Part shown: piece by piece, positions 1 through 9,118 of the stretch
How positions within the stretch are numbered: position 1 is the first letter of the stretch
Layout: every line of letters starts with the position of its first letter
Sequence record: DRR378314_499
Reading direction: 5' to 3' (one strand)
Length of the DNA: 55,184 nt
Made by a program: the position numbers and the translations under genes
The notes under the pieces: model-generated
Databases searched by the model: none
What the model was told of the DNA's origin: nothing
The model's input: the letters and a program-made list of their open reading frames with translations, nothing else

Positions 1-72
1 TTGGTAGACGCGCTAGCTTCAGGTGCTAGTTTCCGAATGGAAGTGGAAGTTCGAGTCTTCTCCTGGGCACCA
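1..72 (+). tRNA. tRNA-Leu(CAG), 5' end cut off by the window edge
   Basis: D-loop TGGTAGACGC, anticodon arm CTAGC-TTCAGGT-GCTAG, long variable arm, T-loop GTTCGAGTC, encoded CCA at 70-72. Confidence 0.95.
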
Positions 73-79
73 AACTCTC
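29..79 (+). repeat. att core copy 1 (3' half of tRNA-Leu plus 7 nt)
   Basis: Direct repeat of 17352-17402 (47/51 identical by manual alignment); weaker copy at 27991-28029. Confidence 0.85.
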
Positions 80-131
80 CAGTTTATTGAAATTAAAAGA
101 ATAAACGCTCCCTCAAGGGAATAATGGGAAC

Positions 132-481
132 GGCTCCGTCAAAGTAAACTAACCAAGCTGTTAAAGGCCAAACCAACCTCACCTATCAAGCGCATAATTG
201 CCGCCATTCAGCTAAGGCAGCTGAGCGGTGTTGTTTAAATTTATGACAACTGACAAGGTGGCGTTGATGATTGAAGAGGTTATAAACTGAAAAGTGAATT
301 GATACGAATTTCTGCAGACTTCGCATGTGCCGAAAGTACAGAATAGCATACTCTCGTCGTCGAAATGGCAAATGAGAATTCTCATATCTGTTATTTTTCC
401 AACGATCAGTTTCTTGTTTATCGACGTTACCAATAATTTTCATCGCTGCGCCCTATGGAGCTAGTTTCTGCTGACACTACC
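132..481 (-). mobile_element. IS6-family remnant (C-terminal transposase fragment, ORF 186-443)
   Basis: KNNRYENSHLPFRRRE...RSLQKFVSIH...AALAEWRQL is the IS6 DDE transposase C-terminus; IR-like ends GGCTCCGTCA (132) and GGTAGTGTCAG (481, minus). Confidence 0.85.
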
Positions 482-497
482 CACGCACGCGATCTAG

Positions 498-1379
498 TCA
501 GTCCGTATCGACTGGTAAAGAAACATCGTTAGCCCACTCGCTCATAGAATTGTCGTAAACAGCAATATCGCGAAAGCCCAATTCATGTAACACGAAGGCA
601 TCTAACGTTGCTGCAATCCCGCCGCCACAATAAGTGATGATGCGCTTGCCTGGTTCGGCACCGATGCGCGTGAAGGCCTGAGCGACTGTCTCGATCGGCA
701 GCATCTCCATTGTTTCGGAATTGACCAATGTTGGCGCGGGAACATTAACACTGCCCGGAACGCGGCCGGGGCGACCATAGCGCGGACTATTGCCACTGTG
801 CAGATCTGCTGTCAACGCGTTGATCGTGCAGATATCTGCCGCACCAATCGCGTTCTGAACACCATCTTTGTCAACAAATAGCTCGGGTCTCACGTTGAGG
901 GAAAATGTGCCCTTTGGGTAGGTACAGGGACGGGTTGAGGTCACATGCCCATCAGCAACCCACTTATCATAACCGCCATCCAGCACCGACGCATTGTCGA
1001 ACCCGAGCCACCGCAACATCCACCAAAATCTCGTCGCCCATTGTGGGCTTTTACGGCTATACAGAACGACTCGTTTGCCGTCGCTTACACCGCGCTCTGC
1101 AAAAGCAGCAGCCGTTTCCTGTGCCGGCGGTAGTGTAAAGCGGAAGGGGCTGTCGGCTAAAGAAAAGTCTTTTTGCAGATCGAAATATCCGGCGCCAGGA
1201 ATATGGCCCTTATCGTAATCAGCTTGCCCACTTACAACCGTGTAAGGTCGGTTTGGTCCCTCATTAGGAATGAGATACGTCGTGCAATCGAAGATGACGA
1301 GGTTAGGGTCATCCAAATGAGCTTCGAGCCATTCACAGGTTACCAGCGCTTCAGAATATTGTGACGGTGTTACGTTCAT
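498..1379 (-). CDS. Two-domain sulfurtransferase (rhodanese, SseA-like)
   Basis: GHIPGA, RFWWML, VLDGG motifs; active-site loop YCGGGIAA; YDNSMSEW. Confidence 0.9.
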   Translation of the reverse strand: MNVTPSQYSEALVTCEWLEAHLDDPNLVIFDCTTYLIPNEGPNRPYTVVSGQADYDKGHIPGAGYFDLQKDFSLADSPFRFTLPPAQETAAAFAERGVSDGKRVVLYSRKSPQWATRFWWMLRWLGFDNASVLDGGYDKWVADGHVTSTRPCTYPKGTFSLNVRPELFVDKDGVQNAIGAADICTINALTADLHSGNSPRYGRPGRVPGSVNVPAPTLVNSETMEMLPIETVAQAFTRIGAEPGKRIITYCGGGIAATLDAFVLHELGFRDIAVYDNSMSEWANDVSLPVDTD

Positions 1380-1679
1380 TCGGTTGAGACCATTTTATTG
1401 TTTTTAATTGCACATAGTCTGATCGATCACGGGACCAATCGCAAGACGTTATCAGTGCAAAAAAACAATTTGTGAGCTTCAATCCAGACATTGAAACTGT
1501 AGCTGGCTAGAATCAAAGCAGCTTGGTGTATGAGCTGGATCGCAGATATTTTCGGACGAGAGAACAGGCCCTAATCAGGCATGGCACTACAGAGAGGGTT
1601 TTTTAATGGGTGGATACAGCAGTCCACCGGGAAAGACCTCCATTAGACATTTAGGAAGTTGGTCCGTCCTAAACCCGGA

Positions 1680-2048
1680 TTAGACAAACACCCCGGCATC
1701 AACGGCCTGCAGATATAAATAAAATTCCTTGGCCTTTCCGGCCTGAACCAGCTGCACGGCGGTCCAACCCGCAAAGCCGGCTAGCGGTTCTGACCGGTAC
1801 CAGGCATACGCTATGAGGGGCGATCCAAATCGTGGCGTCAGGATCAGAAGCGCATCCACCAGGTGGAGAAGGCGTCTTTGGGTGTCTAGAGCGTGAAAAG
1901 AGGAACGGCGTTTCAAGGCACGCTCATCAAGTCCAATCGTCCAGGAAATCTCCTTTAAATCGGTCCGTAGGAGTTTTGCCAGTTTGCCGGGGACGACCAA
2001 CTCTCCCTCTGTAACATCTTCAAGATGCATTCCGTCCATCCACTTCAT
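1680..2048 (-). CDS. Xre/MbcA/ParS-like antitoxin (DUF2384 type), orphan
   Basis: RFGSPLIAYAWYRSEPLAGFAGWTAVQLV...AVDAGV matches the alphaproteobacterial RES-associated antitoxin C-terminus; start codon uncertain. Confidence 0.75.
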   Translation of the reverse strand: MKWMDGMHLEDVTEGELVVPGKLAKLLRTDLKEISWTIGLDERALKRRSSFHALDTQRRLLHLVDALLILTPRFGSPLIAYAWYRSEPLAGFAGWTAVQLVQAGKAKEFYLYLQAVDAGVFV

Positions 2049-2311
2049 TTGTGAACAGCTTTAGCACCTTTGCATGCTACCAGAAATGTGACGCTGAGTG
2101 AAAAGTATCTTTGACCATCATTCTCAGTCATGAAGATCACAGTCACCAAAAATAGGGTATACCCTCTAGACCAAAATTTATGAGCTTAGTTGGCTTTAAT
2201 CGGAAACAGACCTACATAGATATAATTACTATTTGCCTGATTTTAGCCGTTTAGTTACAATTTACCCCACACCATACCATACAACAACGGTGGCTGTTGT
2301 AGCTTCAGTTG

Positions 2312-2371
2312 CGCCAGGCGGATGATCTCAGGTGATGTTTTAAAATAACGAAATGGATTATAATTTTTCAT
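2312..2371 (-). mobile_element. IS6 transposase 5' remnant
   Basis: Minus strand reads MKNYNPFRYFKTSPEIIRLA, the IS6 transposase N-terminus; DNA similar to 5212-5265. Confidence 0.8.
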
Positions 2372-2534
2372 TCCAAGATCTTATGGAATGTCTGCGATAC
2401 AGTCAAAGATCGGTTCTCCTCTGACAGTTCCCCTCTTACACTATCCTTCCAGTCGCACAGCCAAGATTTGCACAGCAGCTTGCGACATTTTTGAAAAGCC
2501 TTTAAAAAACGGAAATTATAAGAAGGAACTAGTA

Positions 2535-3509
2535 GTGACTTCAGGCACCAATAACGACAATCATCAAAGTGTCCTTTTCACCGGACCCACGACTTTTATG
2601 AATGTCCCGCATTCCGTGGACCCAAAAGGCAGCTTAGCTGCGATCATTGGTGTTCCTTTTGATGCAGGAACCAGTGCAGAGCGAGTTGGATCGCGCGGAG
2701 GACCATCAGCTATTCGGCAGCAATCCTTATTGCTGGATCACTACCAACCACCACAAACCACCTATAGCCCGATTGAAAAACTAAATCTGGTAGATTGCGG
2801 TGATGTCATCCTCGTACCAAGCGTTGTAGAAACTTCGTTGCAACAAGCAGAAGCCGCAGCAAAAAACATACTCGCTGCTGGCGTTGCTCCCGTTGGTTTT
2901 GGCGGTGATGGGATGGTTTCGCTGCCCCTATTACGAGCTGCGGCAGCCTATTTTGACGATTTAGCTGTTCTTCATATTGATGCCCATACAGATACGTATC
3001 GCAGCTTGGGCAACACAATTACTGATCGATACAACACTGCGACCACATTCACGCGGGCTGCAGAAGAAAAGCTGATCGATACACAAAGCTCCTATCATAT
3101 TGGTATTCGCGGAACCGCGTCTCAAGCGGATGTGTTTGAGCATACACAAAGCCATGATTATACCATCATAAGCGCGGATGAACTCTTTAGCCGGGGCTTG
3201 AGAGAAACAGGGCAACGGCTCCAAACAGACCTTTCCGGAAAATCCGTCTATTTGTGTTTTGATATGGATTTTTTTGATCCATCCTGTGCGCCAGGCGTTT
3301 GTAGCCCCACATGGGGCGGTGCAACTGCGCGCGAAGGATTTGAGTTTCTTCGGGGTCTCAGTGGCATTGATTTTGTAGCAGCCGATATCAATACAGTCTC
3401 GCCTCCCCATGATTTGGGCGGTATGACCGCATTGCTGGCCGCACATGTTACATTTGAAATTCTAACTCTTTTGTGTAATGCGCCGACAATCAAAAGCAAA
3501 ATCGTCTAA
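2535..3509 (+). CDS. Ureohydrolase (agmatinase/arginase family), atypical active site
   Basis: GVPFDAG, GSRGGPSAIR, DAHTD, DMDFFDPS..PG motifs; likely GTG start at 2535 after AAGGAA. Confidence 0.85.
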   Translation: MTSGTNNDNHQSVLFTGPTTFMNVPHSVDPKGSLAAIIGVPFDAGTSAERVGSRGGPSAIRQQSLLLDHYQPPQTTYSPIEKLNLVDCGDVILVPSVVETSLQQAEAAAKNILAAGVAPVGFGGDGMVSLPLLRAAAAYFDDLAVLHIDAHTDTYRSLGNTITDRYNTATTFTRAAEEKLIDTQSSYHIGIRGTASQADVFEHTQSHDYTIISADELFSRGLRETGQRLQTDLSGKSVYLCFDMDFFDPSCAPGVCSPTWGGATAREGFEFLRGLSGIDFVAADINTVSPPHDLGGMTALLAAHVTFEILTLLCNAPTIKSKIV

Positions 3510-3641
3510 CGGTTCCTAATCAGGGGTCATCTCATATCACAAAAAAAATCGAGTCGTTATCGTCGCCGGTACCACTAATGATATTGGCTGGAAGTCGAGT
3601 CGCATTTTGTTACACCTTTGTTTTACAATTGTTGGTATTCT

Positions 3642-3871
3642 ATGCCTATATCAAAAAATCATGTAATTAAACGCTCAGCAACAACCGGTAAATTTGTGAG
3701 TAAGGCAATTGGATCGTCTAAAGCTTCTAAATTTTTGTCTGTTGAGGGTTTGGTATTGAACCCAAAGTCAACTCAGGCGTTGAAGCATTATAGATCTACT
3801 GGACTAAAAGGTGATGAACTGCGTTCGGCTATCGCTGGTTCCTTTAAGATAACCAAGCGAAAATGCGCTGA
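3642..3871 (+). pseudogene. Fic-associated antitoxin-like gene, now read through into the toxin remnant
   Basis: KFLSVEGL...GLKGDELRSAI resembles small antitoxins upstream of alphaproteobacterial Fic genes; 3' boundary approximate. Confidence 0.5.
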
Positions 3872-4040
3872 TACGACGCTGTCGAGGATCCCCTTTACTA
3901 TCCAGGTACCCAAGTCCTTTAAAAACTTAGCAGGCCTCACCGAACAAAACGATCTAGACCAGTTCGAACAGCTCAGTTTTTTTTAACGCGGGCTGAAGAG
4001 GAACTACCGGTCGGAAAATTAGATTACGATCATTATCGAT
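3863..4040 (+). pseudogene. Fic toxin N-terminal remnant
   Basis: Across two frameshifts it reads YDAVEDPLYYPGTQVL/KNLAGLTEQNDLDQFEQLSF/LTRAEEELPVGKLDYDHYR, a Fic N-terminus, then truncated. Confidence 0.75.
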
Positions 4041-4302
4041 GTCAGAGCCATTGTCAGCCAACACCTTCTGAATTTTTCTAACTTTGTCACCGAGACGGGT
4101 ACAGCCGTGCTTAGACGCAGAAACACATATCTCAAATAATTCATCCGCTGGTCTGTGATGGTTCCTTCTCGCTCACTCGATGGAAGCCGACCTTCCTTAT
4201 ACAAGCTCATAACAGGATATCCTTAAAAACAGGAATAGCCACGTCAAGAAATTCCCACTCAATCAACCTGGAAGACTATTTTGATTTGTGACGGAGGAAG
4301 TA

Positions 4303-4359
4303 ATGCAGCCGGGATGTATTGCTTACTATCGGATATCAGCCGATCACCAAGGAAAGTGA
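4303..4359 (+). pseudogene. Serine recombinase (resolvase) N-terminal remnant
   Basis: GGAGG RBS then MQPGCIAYYRISADHQGK*, resembling the YxRVSTxxQ catalytic motif; ends at IS6-IR-like TGACAACACC (4357-4366). Confidence 0.6.
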
Positions 4360-4484
4360 CAACACCGTAAACTAAATTTATGCTGCACGTGAATGGCCGA
4401 AAGATCTAAGCGTTTGATCTTAATAATCAGAAAATTCGGGTTACCGGATAATACAATCACAACGAAACATAACAGGAAATAATA

Positions 4485-4808
4485 ATGGCGATTTATGAAC
4501 TGCGGACCTATCAGGTTTATGTTGGCCAAATGGCAGAAGCCATCCGGGTTTACCAGGACTTTGGCTGGCCGGCTCTGGAAAAAGGAGGCTTTGATGCCAA
4601 ATTGGTCGGCTATTTTACTTCAGATACCGGTGAGTTGCTCCAGCTCGTGCATTTGTGGAAATTTGACGACGATGCAGATCGCCGAAACTTCTGGAGCAAC
4701 CTCTTCAAGGATGAAGATTTCATGGTCTTTGCAGCCAAAATCAGACCTCTGGTGATGAGTCAGAAAAACCAGTTGTTGCAGGCCGCTCCGTGGGGGCCTC
4801 ACCCCTGA
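4485..4808 (+). CDS. NIPSNAP family protein
   Basis: IYELRTY, LVGYFTSDTG, VHLWKFDD..DRR motifs. Confidence 0.9.
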   Translation: MAIYELRTYQVYVGQMAEAIRVYQDFGWPALEKGGFDAKLVGYFTSDTGELLQLVHLWKFDDDADRRNFWSNLFKDEDFMVFAAKIRPLVMSQKNQLLQAAPWGPHP

Positions 4809-4812
4809 GCTC

Positions 4813-5329
4813 GGTGCTGTCAGATGATTGCGACTTCGTCTTCACATGGCGAAGATGGGATAACAGCGCCCCTACCAATGCAGCACTAAGCCGCTACTAC
4901 TCGGCAAGTACGGTGGTTCTTTGACGCTTGGAAACAAAGGCTTCCAGCATTTGGCCCTCGTGATCGACGGTACGTCACAGGGCATAAATTTCCCCATTTA
5001 TCTTCCCGGAAACTTCGCCCAGATGCCATTGCCAGTTTGGGTGACTACGGGAAGACGGATGAAGTCGTTTCTTCCGGATCTCATTGGCAAATAGGGGGCA
5101 AACCCGTTCCACCAATAGCGGACCGTTTCAGGGCAAATATCAATACCGCGTTCATGTAGCAGATCTTCGATATTTTACGGAGAAAGCGGAAATCTGACGT
5201 ATATCATCTCAGCCAGGCGGATGATCTCAGGTGAAATTTTTTGAACTAGCGAAAAGGGTTCAATTTTATCCTGAGCGGAAACTAGTCGACGTACAAATAG
5301 CCATCAAGTCATTTTCGTCTGACAACGCC
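4813..5329 (-). mobile_element. Internally deleted IS6-family element with both ends
   Basis: Imperfect IRs GGTGCTGTCAGATGA (4813) and GGCGTTGTCAGACGA (5329, minus); broken transposase SPEIIRLAEMIYVRFPLS..EDLLHERGIDI..ETVRYWWN..WQWHL..VDHEG joined to a decayed C-terminus. Confidence 0.85.
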
Positions 5330-5339
5330 ACTGAAGCCG

Positions 5340-6401
5340 CTAGTTTTCCGTCACCGCGTCCTGGAAGTTTATGGTTCCGTCTGCATTTTTCTTAAAGGCC
5401 TGACCAAAGGCATTGGAAAAAATACTGATAATACTGGACCACACATCTCCTTCGGGATCATTGAGGTCGCCTTCAAGGGGAACCCGGATGGCAAATTGAT
5501 CTTTTGGCTGGTTTTCAAACAGCTCTAACACAGCAGCTGCTATCGATTGCCACAGAACATTCAAAGGATTATCGTCTGACTGGGCGTTGGCCATTGTAAC
5601 ATTTGTTGCAACAAGTTTGACATATCCTGTCATATCGCCATCTGCAGCGGCAGTCTCGCTGAAAATACCGATGCGGCCCTTTTCGAAATCGACCGCGGCA
5701 AAGGCGCGGCTGTAATCGTTAAACGCTGTCAGCGCCGCTTCCTTCAATTCCACATTAACGTCAAAATCCGGTATGTCTTTGAAAATATTCAATTGAGCGT
5801 CAACGGTAAGCGCCCCTCCGCCGATGGAAGTTCCCGTAATTTTGACGGTTGAGGGCAAAGGCTTATCCTTATCCTTCACATTCCGTAGATTTTTCACTTC
5901 TGCGTCGATATTGTCGATGAAAAGATTAACATTCGGCTCAGCCGTGTAGTCAATATAACTGACTTTACCCCCTTGAGCAGTCAGCCGGTTTATGCCTAAA
6001 GGTGTGAGCGCACGCACGAATTTACCCCAGCCTGCACCCTCGCCTGTTTGGGTCTTTGAGAAGTTTACGTTCGCATCGTAGATATCAATTTCTCCGACGA
6101 TGGCCCCCTTGAAAAGGGCTTCCCATTCGATAGATAAATCGATCTTGCGACTGGCAAAGAAAGGCGCGTTAATTTTTTTGTCTGTTTTATGGATCTCCAA
6201 CCCATGGATCACATAAGCCCCGCGCCAAAGATGTAAATCGATACCCTCCACTCCACCGCTATAATCATCAAGAAGGGCGATCTGCTCGTTTACATAATCC
6301 TTTACCCAAAACGGCAGATAGAGTCGGACGGAGACCAAGATGGCAGCGATAATCACTACGATTCCAACTATTTTGACTTTTTTACTGTGTATATCGACCA
6401 T
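5340..6401 (-). CDS. DUF748/AsmA-like envelope protein
   Basis: N-terminal TM, RLYLP..VKDYVN, DLHLWRGAY, NQPKDQFA.RVPLEG; ATG at 6401 with AAGAGG RBS. Confidence 0.75.
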   Translation of the reverse strand: MVDIHSKKVKIVGIVVIIAAILVSVRLYLPFWVKDYVNEQIALLDDYSGGVEGIDLHLWRGAYVIHGLEIHKTDKKINAPFFASRKIDLSIEWEALFKGAIVGEIDIYDANVNFSKTQTGEGAGWGKFVRALTPLGINRLTAQGGKVSYIDYTAEPNVNLFIDNIDAEVKNLRNVKDKDKPLPSTVKITGTSIGGGALTVDAQLNIFKDIPDFDVNVELKEAALTAFNDYSRAFAAVDFEKGRIGIFSETAAADGDMTGYVKLVATNVTMANAQSDDNPLNVLWQSIAAAVLELFENQPKDQFAIRVPLEGDLNDPEGDVWSSIISIFSNAFGQAFKKNADGTINFQDAVTEN

Positions 6402-6414
6402 GGTTGATCCTCTT

Positions 6415-7284
6415 TTATTTTTTCCTGACGAGTTCGGTGGTTTTGATCCGATGTTCTCTATGTTCGTGCGTGTACGTTTTTGAAAATTCAGCACCGATCA
6501 GGAGAATTAAACAGGAATAGGAAATCCAAATCATGACGAGGATAACGGAGCTGGCAGCCCCGAAACTGGACTGGGGCTGGGCGAACAAAAAATAGAAGCT
6601 AAGGGCATGTTCACCAATTGAGAACAAGACAGTCGTTAGTAGTCCTCCATAAAAGGCAACCCGCAAATCCACCTCAACATCAGGGAGTATTTTGAAAATA
6701 AGGGTGAAAAGAACAGTGACGATAAGAAACGAGAAGGCGTTACTGAAAATGATTAACCCTTTCGCCAGATCAGGCGAGAACTGAGTTGCGAGCCATTCGC
6801 TAAAAATATTAAAGAAAGTGGTGAGTGATAGCGAAATGAGCAGCAAGAAGCCTATTATCAAAATCAGGCCGAAAGAGGTCAGCCGACTTTTCAAGAAAAG
6901 CATCCAGCCAGCTGTTTTCTTCACTTCCACATCCCAAACACTGTTCAAAGACCGCTGAAGCTGAGAAAATAGCCCTGTTGCGCCAAAAGCCAATGTCACA
7001 CCGCCTGCGATCATCGCCCAGAAATCACGGTCTTTCTGTTGCGTTTCTTCGACGATTTTCTGAACGCTTTGAGACGCGTCTCTGCCAAGCATATCATTGA
7101 TATGCCCCAGTACTTCCGATTCAACCCGTTGTTGATCAAAAAATATTGCCGCAATTGACATTATAATGATGAGGAGCCCGGGAAGAGACAGTATGGCGTA
7201 ATACGCCGCCGCCGCACTTTGCGTAAAGGGATCGTCTCTCAACCAGTTCTGTAATGTCTTTTTTAAAACAGTGATAAAAAACAT
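6415..7284 (-). CDS. YihY/virulence factor BrkB family membrane protein
   Basis: SAAAAYYAILSLP, GATGLF.QLQRSLNSVW, FGAASSVI...W..YS..ILL.GAEF. Confidence 0.9.
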   Translation of the reverse strand: MFFITVLKKTLQNWLRDDPFTQSAAAAYYAILSLPGLLIIIMSIAAIFFDQQRVESEVLGHINDMLGRDASQSVQKIVEETQQKDRDFWAMIAGGVTLAFGATGLFSQLQRSLNSVWDVEVKKTAGWMLFLKSRLTSFGLILIIGFLLLISLSLTTFFNIFSEWLATQFSPDLAKGLIIFSNAFSFLIVTVLFTLIFKILPDVEVDLRVAFYGGLLTTVLFSIGEHALSFYFLFAQPQSSFGAASSVILVMIWISYSCLILLIGAEFSKTYTHEHREHRIKTTELVRKK

Positions 7285-7387
7285 CTTCACTCCTGCACGG
7301 CGGCTTTTATCTCTTCCGATAAGTTATCCAAAACGCCCCAATTGCGCTTCAGATAACAAGTATACATCTTCAGAGGGGATTTGCAGT

Positions 7388-7579
7388 TTACCGCGTAGCA
7401 ATAATATAGACGGCATGAACAATGCCCGGTACGAAGCCAAACAGGGTCAGGATCAGGTTAATCCAGAAGTGTTTGCCCAACCCCACTTCGAGTAAGACAC
7501 CGAGTGGTGGGAGAATTACGGCGATCAGAATTTTAATCAGGTCGCTAAACAGGCTGTCATTTGTTCTTGCTAAAGGCAT
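7388..7579 (-). CDS. YqaE/Pmp3 family small membrane protein
   Basis: ILPPLGV...FWINLILTLFGFVPGIVHAVYII. Confidence 0.92.
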   Translation of the reverse strand: MPLARTNDSLFSDLIKILIAVILPPLGVLLEVGLGKHFWINLILTLFGFVPGIVHAVYIIATR

Positions 7580-7758
7580 TCTTTCAAATCTCCGCGTCTA
7601 TAGGTTCTTGTTTTAGTGCATCATCAAGCGCGTCAGTCATTTACCCGGTCGGTTCACATATCAAGACAGGCAAAGGAGTTGAAATAATCAAAAAATCCCC
7701 AAGCATTAATTTCAAAACCTTGATAGCCCATTCCCTTTGACCAACGAATATGGCCACT

Positions 7759-7783
7759 AACAACCGAACGGCAATTTAGTTCC
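7759..7783 (-). promoter_or_regulatory. ECF promoter P1 (towards pmp3-yihY-DUF748)
   Basis: GGAAC-taaattgccgttcggtt-GTT(agt). Confidence 0.7.
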
Positions 7784-7877
7784 CAATTTTTTTAAGATTT
7801 TTATTCTGCGGTCGGGAATAGACTAATCATACAGGTGCATCCCCATCGTTGCCTAGGTTTGGAGCCGGCAATTGGTT

Positions 7878-8879
7878 TTAGCTAAGGAGCGTCTGATCTT
7901 TGGTTTCAAGTTTCGGTTTCTCGGCTTCCGGGTCAGCACTGCTAATCTCGATTTCCGAAGGTACAGGTCCAGCCTTTACGGCTTCCTTGCCCTCACCTGG
8001 TGGATTAGTCTCCTGCGGATAACCGGAGCCGGCATTTCGAAAGTAAATCAGCTGAGGATCCGTTGGATCAATCTCGTTGGCCTCGAAAGCCTCTTTTATG
8101 GCTTGCACGACGCGTGAACGGGAAACGACTTCTGCCGATCTTTGGGAATGGATCCACCAGCGTAATTTTATCCCGAGTGAGGTGGCTCCCAATTCCCAGC
8201 ACAATATTTGGGGCGCCGGATCTTTCAGAACTTCGTCGATCTGGCTGAGGGAGGAATTTATGATCGTCATTATGAAGCGAATATCATGCTCATACCCGAC
8301 GGTAAGATCAATTTCCACCCGCCGCCGAAGTTGCGATGTTTGGATGGTCACGATGTTGGTATATATGGTCGTGTTGGGAACAACGATATCCCGTCCATCA
8401 AAAGTCTGGATGATCGTTGCGCGCGGCTCGATGCGCAATACTGTTCCTTCCGCCGTATCGACTTTGATCTGATCCCCGCGCCGGAACGGCGTCCGCAGCA
8501 ATATCAACAATCCGGCGAGCCAGTTCTGGAGGATATCTTTAAAGGCAAAGCCGATCGCAAGGGACCCTAAACCAAAGCTTGCGAGAAGATCGACGGGCTT
8601 AATAGAGGGAATAATAATCGTGATTGAAACCATAAACCCGACAAAAACGAAAGCCCAAAACGTGAAGCTTGCGAGAATTCGACCGAGATCGATACGATCC
8701 TTCCTCTTAAAATAAGCCGCAACCGATTTGCTAAGGCCCAACCCTATAAACCCGATCAGGATAAAGGCGACAGTTCCAACAATCATGGTCGGCAGGAGGG
8801 TGTAGAAATCATTGCTCCACCCCTGGATCGTGCCCAGAGCAAGGGTTACACCGTCTGTAAAGGTTGGATCACTTGCCAT
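7878..8879 (-). CDS. MscS family mechanosensitive channel
   Basis: Three TM segments, GLGSLAIGFAFKDILQNWLAG, PFRRGDQI, EGTV, VVPN. Confidence 0.92.
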   Translation of the reverse strand: MASDPTFTDGVTLALGTIQGWSNDFYTLLPTMIVGTVAFILIGFIGLGLSKSVAAYFKRKDRIDLGRILASFTFWAFVFVGFMVSITIIIPSIKPVDLLASFGLGSLAIGFAFKDILQNWLAGLLILLRTPFRRGDQIKVDTAEGTVLRIEPRATIIQTFDGRDIVVPNTTIYTNIVTIQTSQLRRRVEIDLTVGYEHDIRFIMTIINSSLSQIDEVLKDPAPQILCWELGATSLGIKLRWWIHSQRSAEVVSRSRVVQAIKEAFEANEIDPTDPQLIYFRNAGSGYPQETNPPGEGKEAVKAGPVPSEIEISSADPEAEKPKLETKDQTLLS

Positions 8880-8938
8880 TTCGCCTTCTCAATATTCCTT
8901 AATCGCAATTTTTCAGGATTGATTTTTGATAATCAACT

Positions 8939-8963
8939 AACAACATATTGACGAGAAAGTTCC
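8939..8963 (-). promoter_or_regulatory. ECF promoter P2 (mscS)
   Basis: GGAAC-tttctcgtcaatatgtt-GTT(agt). Confidence 0.8.
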
Positions 8964-9058
8964 ATTTCCGCGCTAGTGCTTTTATGTCAAACTACCTGTT
9001 TATGGTAAATTTGTCCCCATGTGAAGCAGGAACTCAGCTCCGAAATGGGCTATTTGAG

Positions 9059-9083
9059 GGAACTATTTCGCTTCCAATTAGTT
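9059..9083 (+). promoter_or_regulatory. ECF promoter P3 (hypothetical gene and mgtC)
   Basis: GGAAC-tatttcgcttccaatta-GTT(ggt). Confidence 0.8.
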
Positions 9084-9118
9084 GGTTGTCAGGCTGTATT
9101 TACGAAAGGAACAACGTC

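Noticed and set aside
2154-2165. Perfect palindrome AGGGTATACCCT
   Set aside because: Only 12 bp, with no cognate regulator or second copy; compatible with chance.
4019-4210. 63-aa minus-strand ORF
   Set aside because: No recognisable motif and it runs into the IS/Fic junction; cannot support a call.
9029-9055. Extra GGAAC upstream of P3
   Set aside because: No GTT at the 17-nt spacing, so not counted among the promoters.
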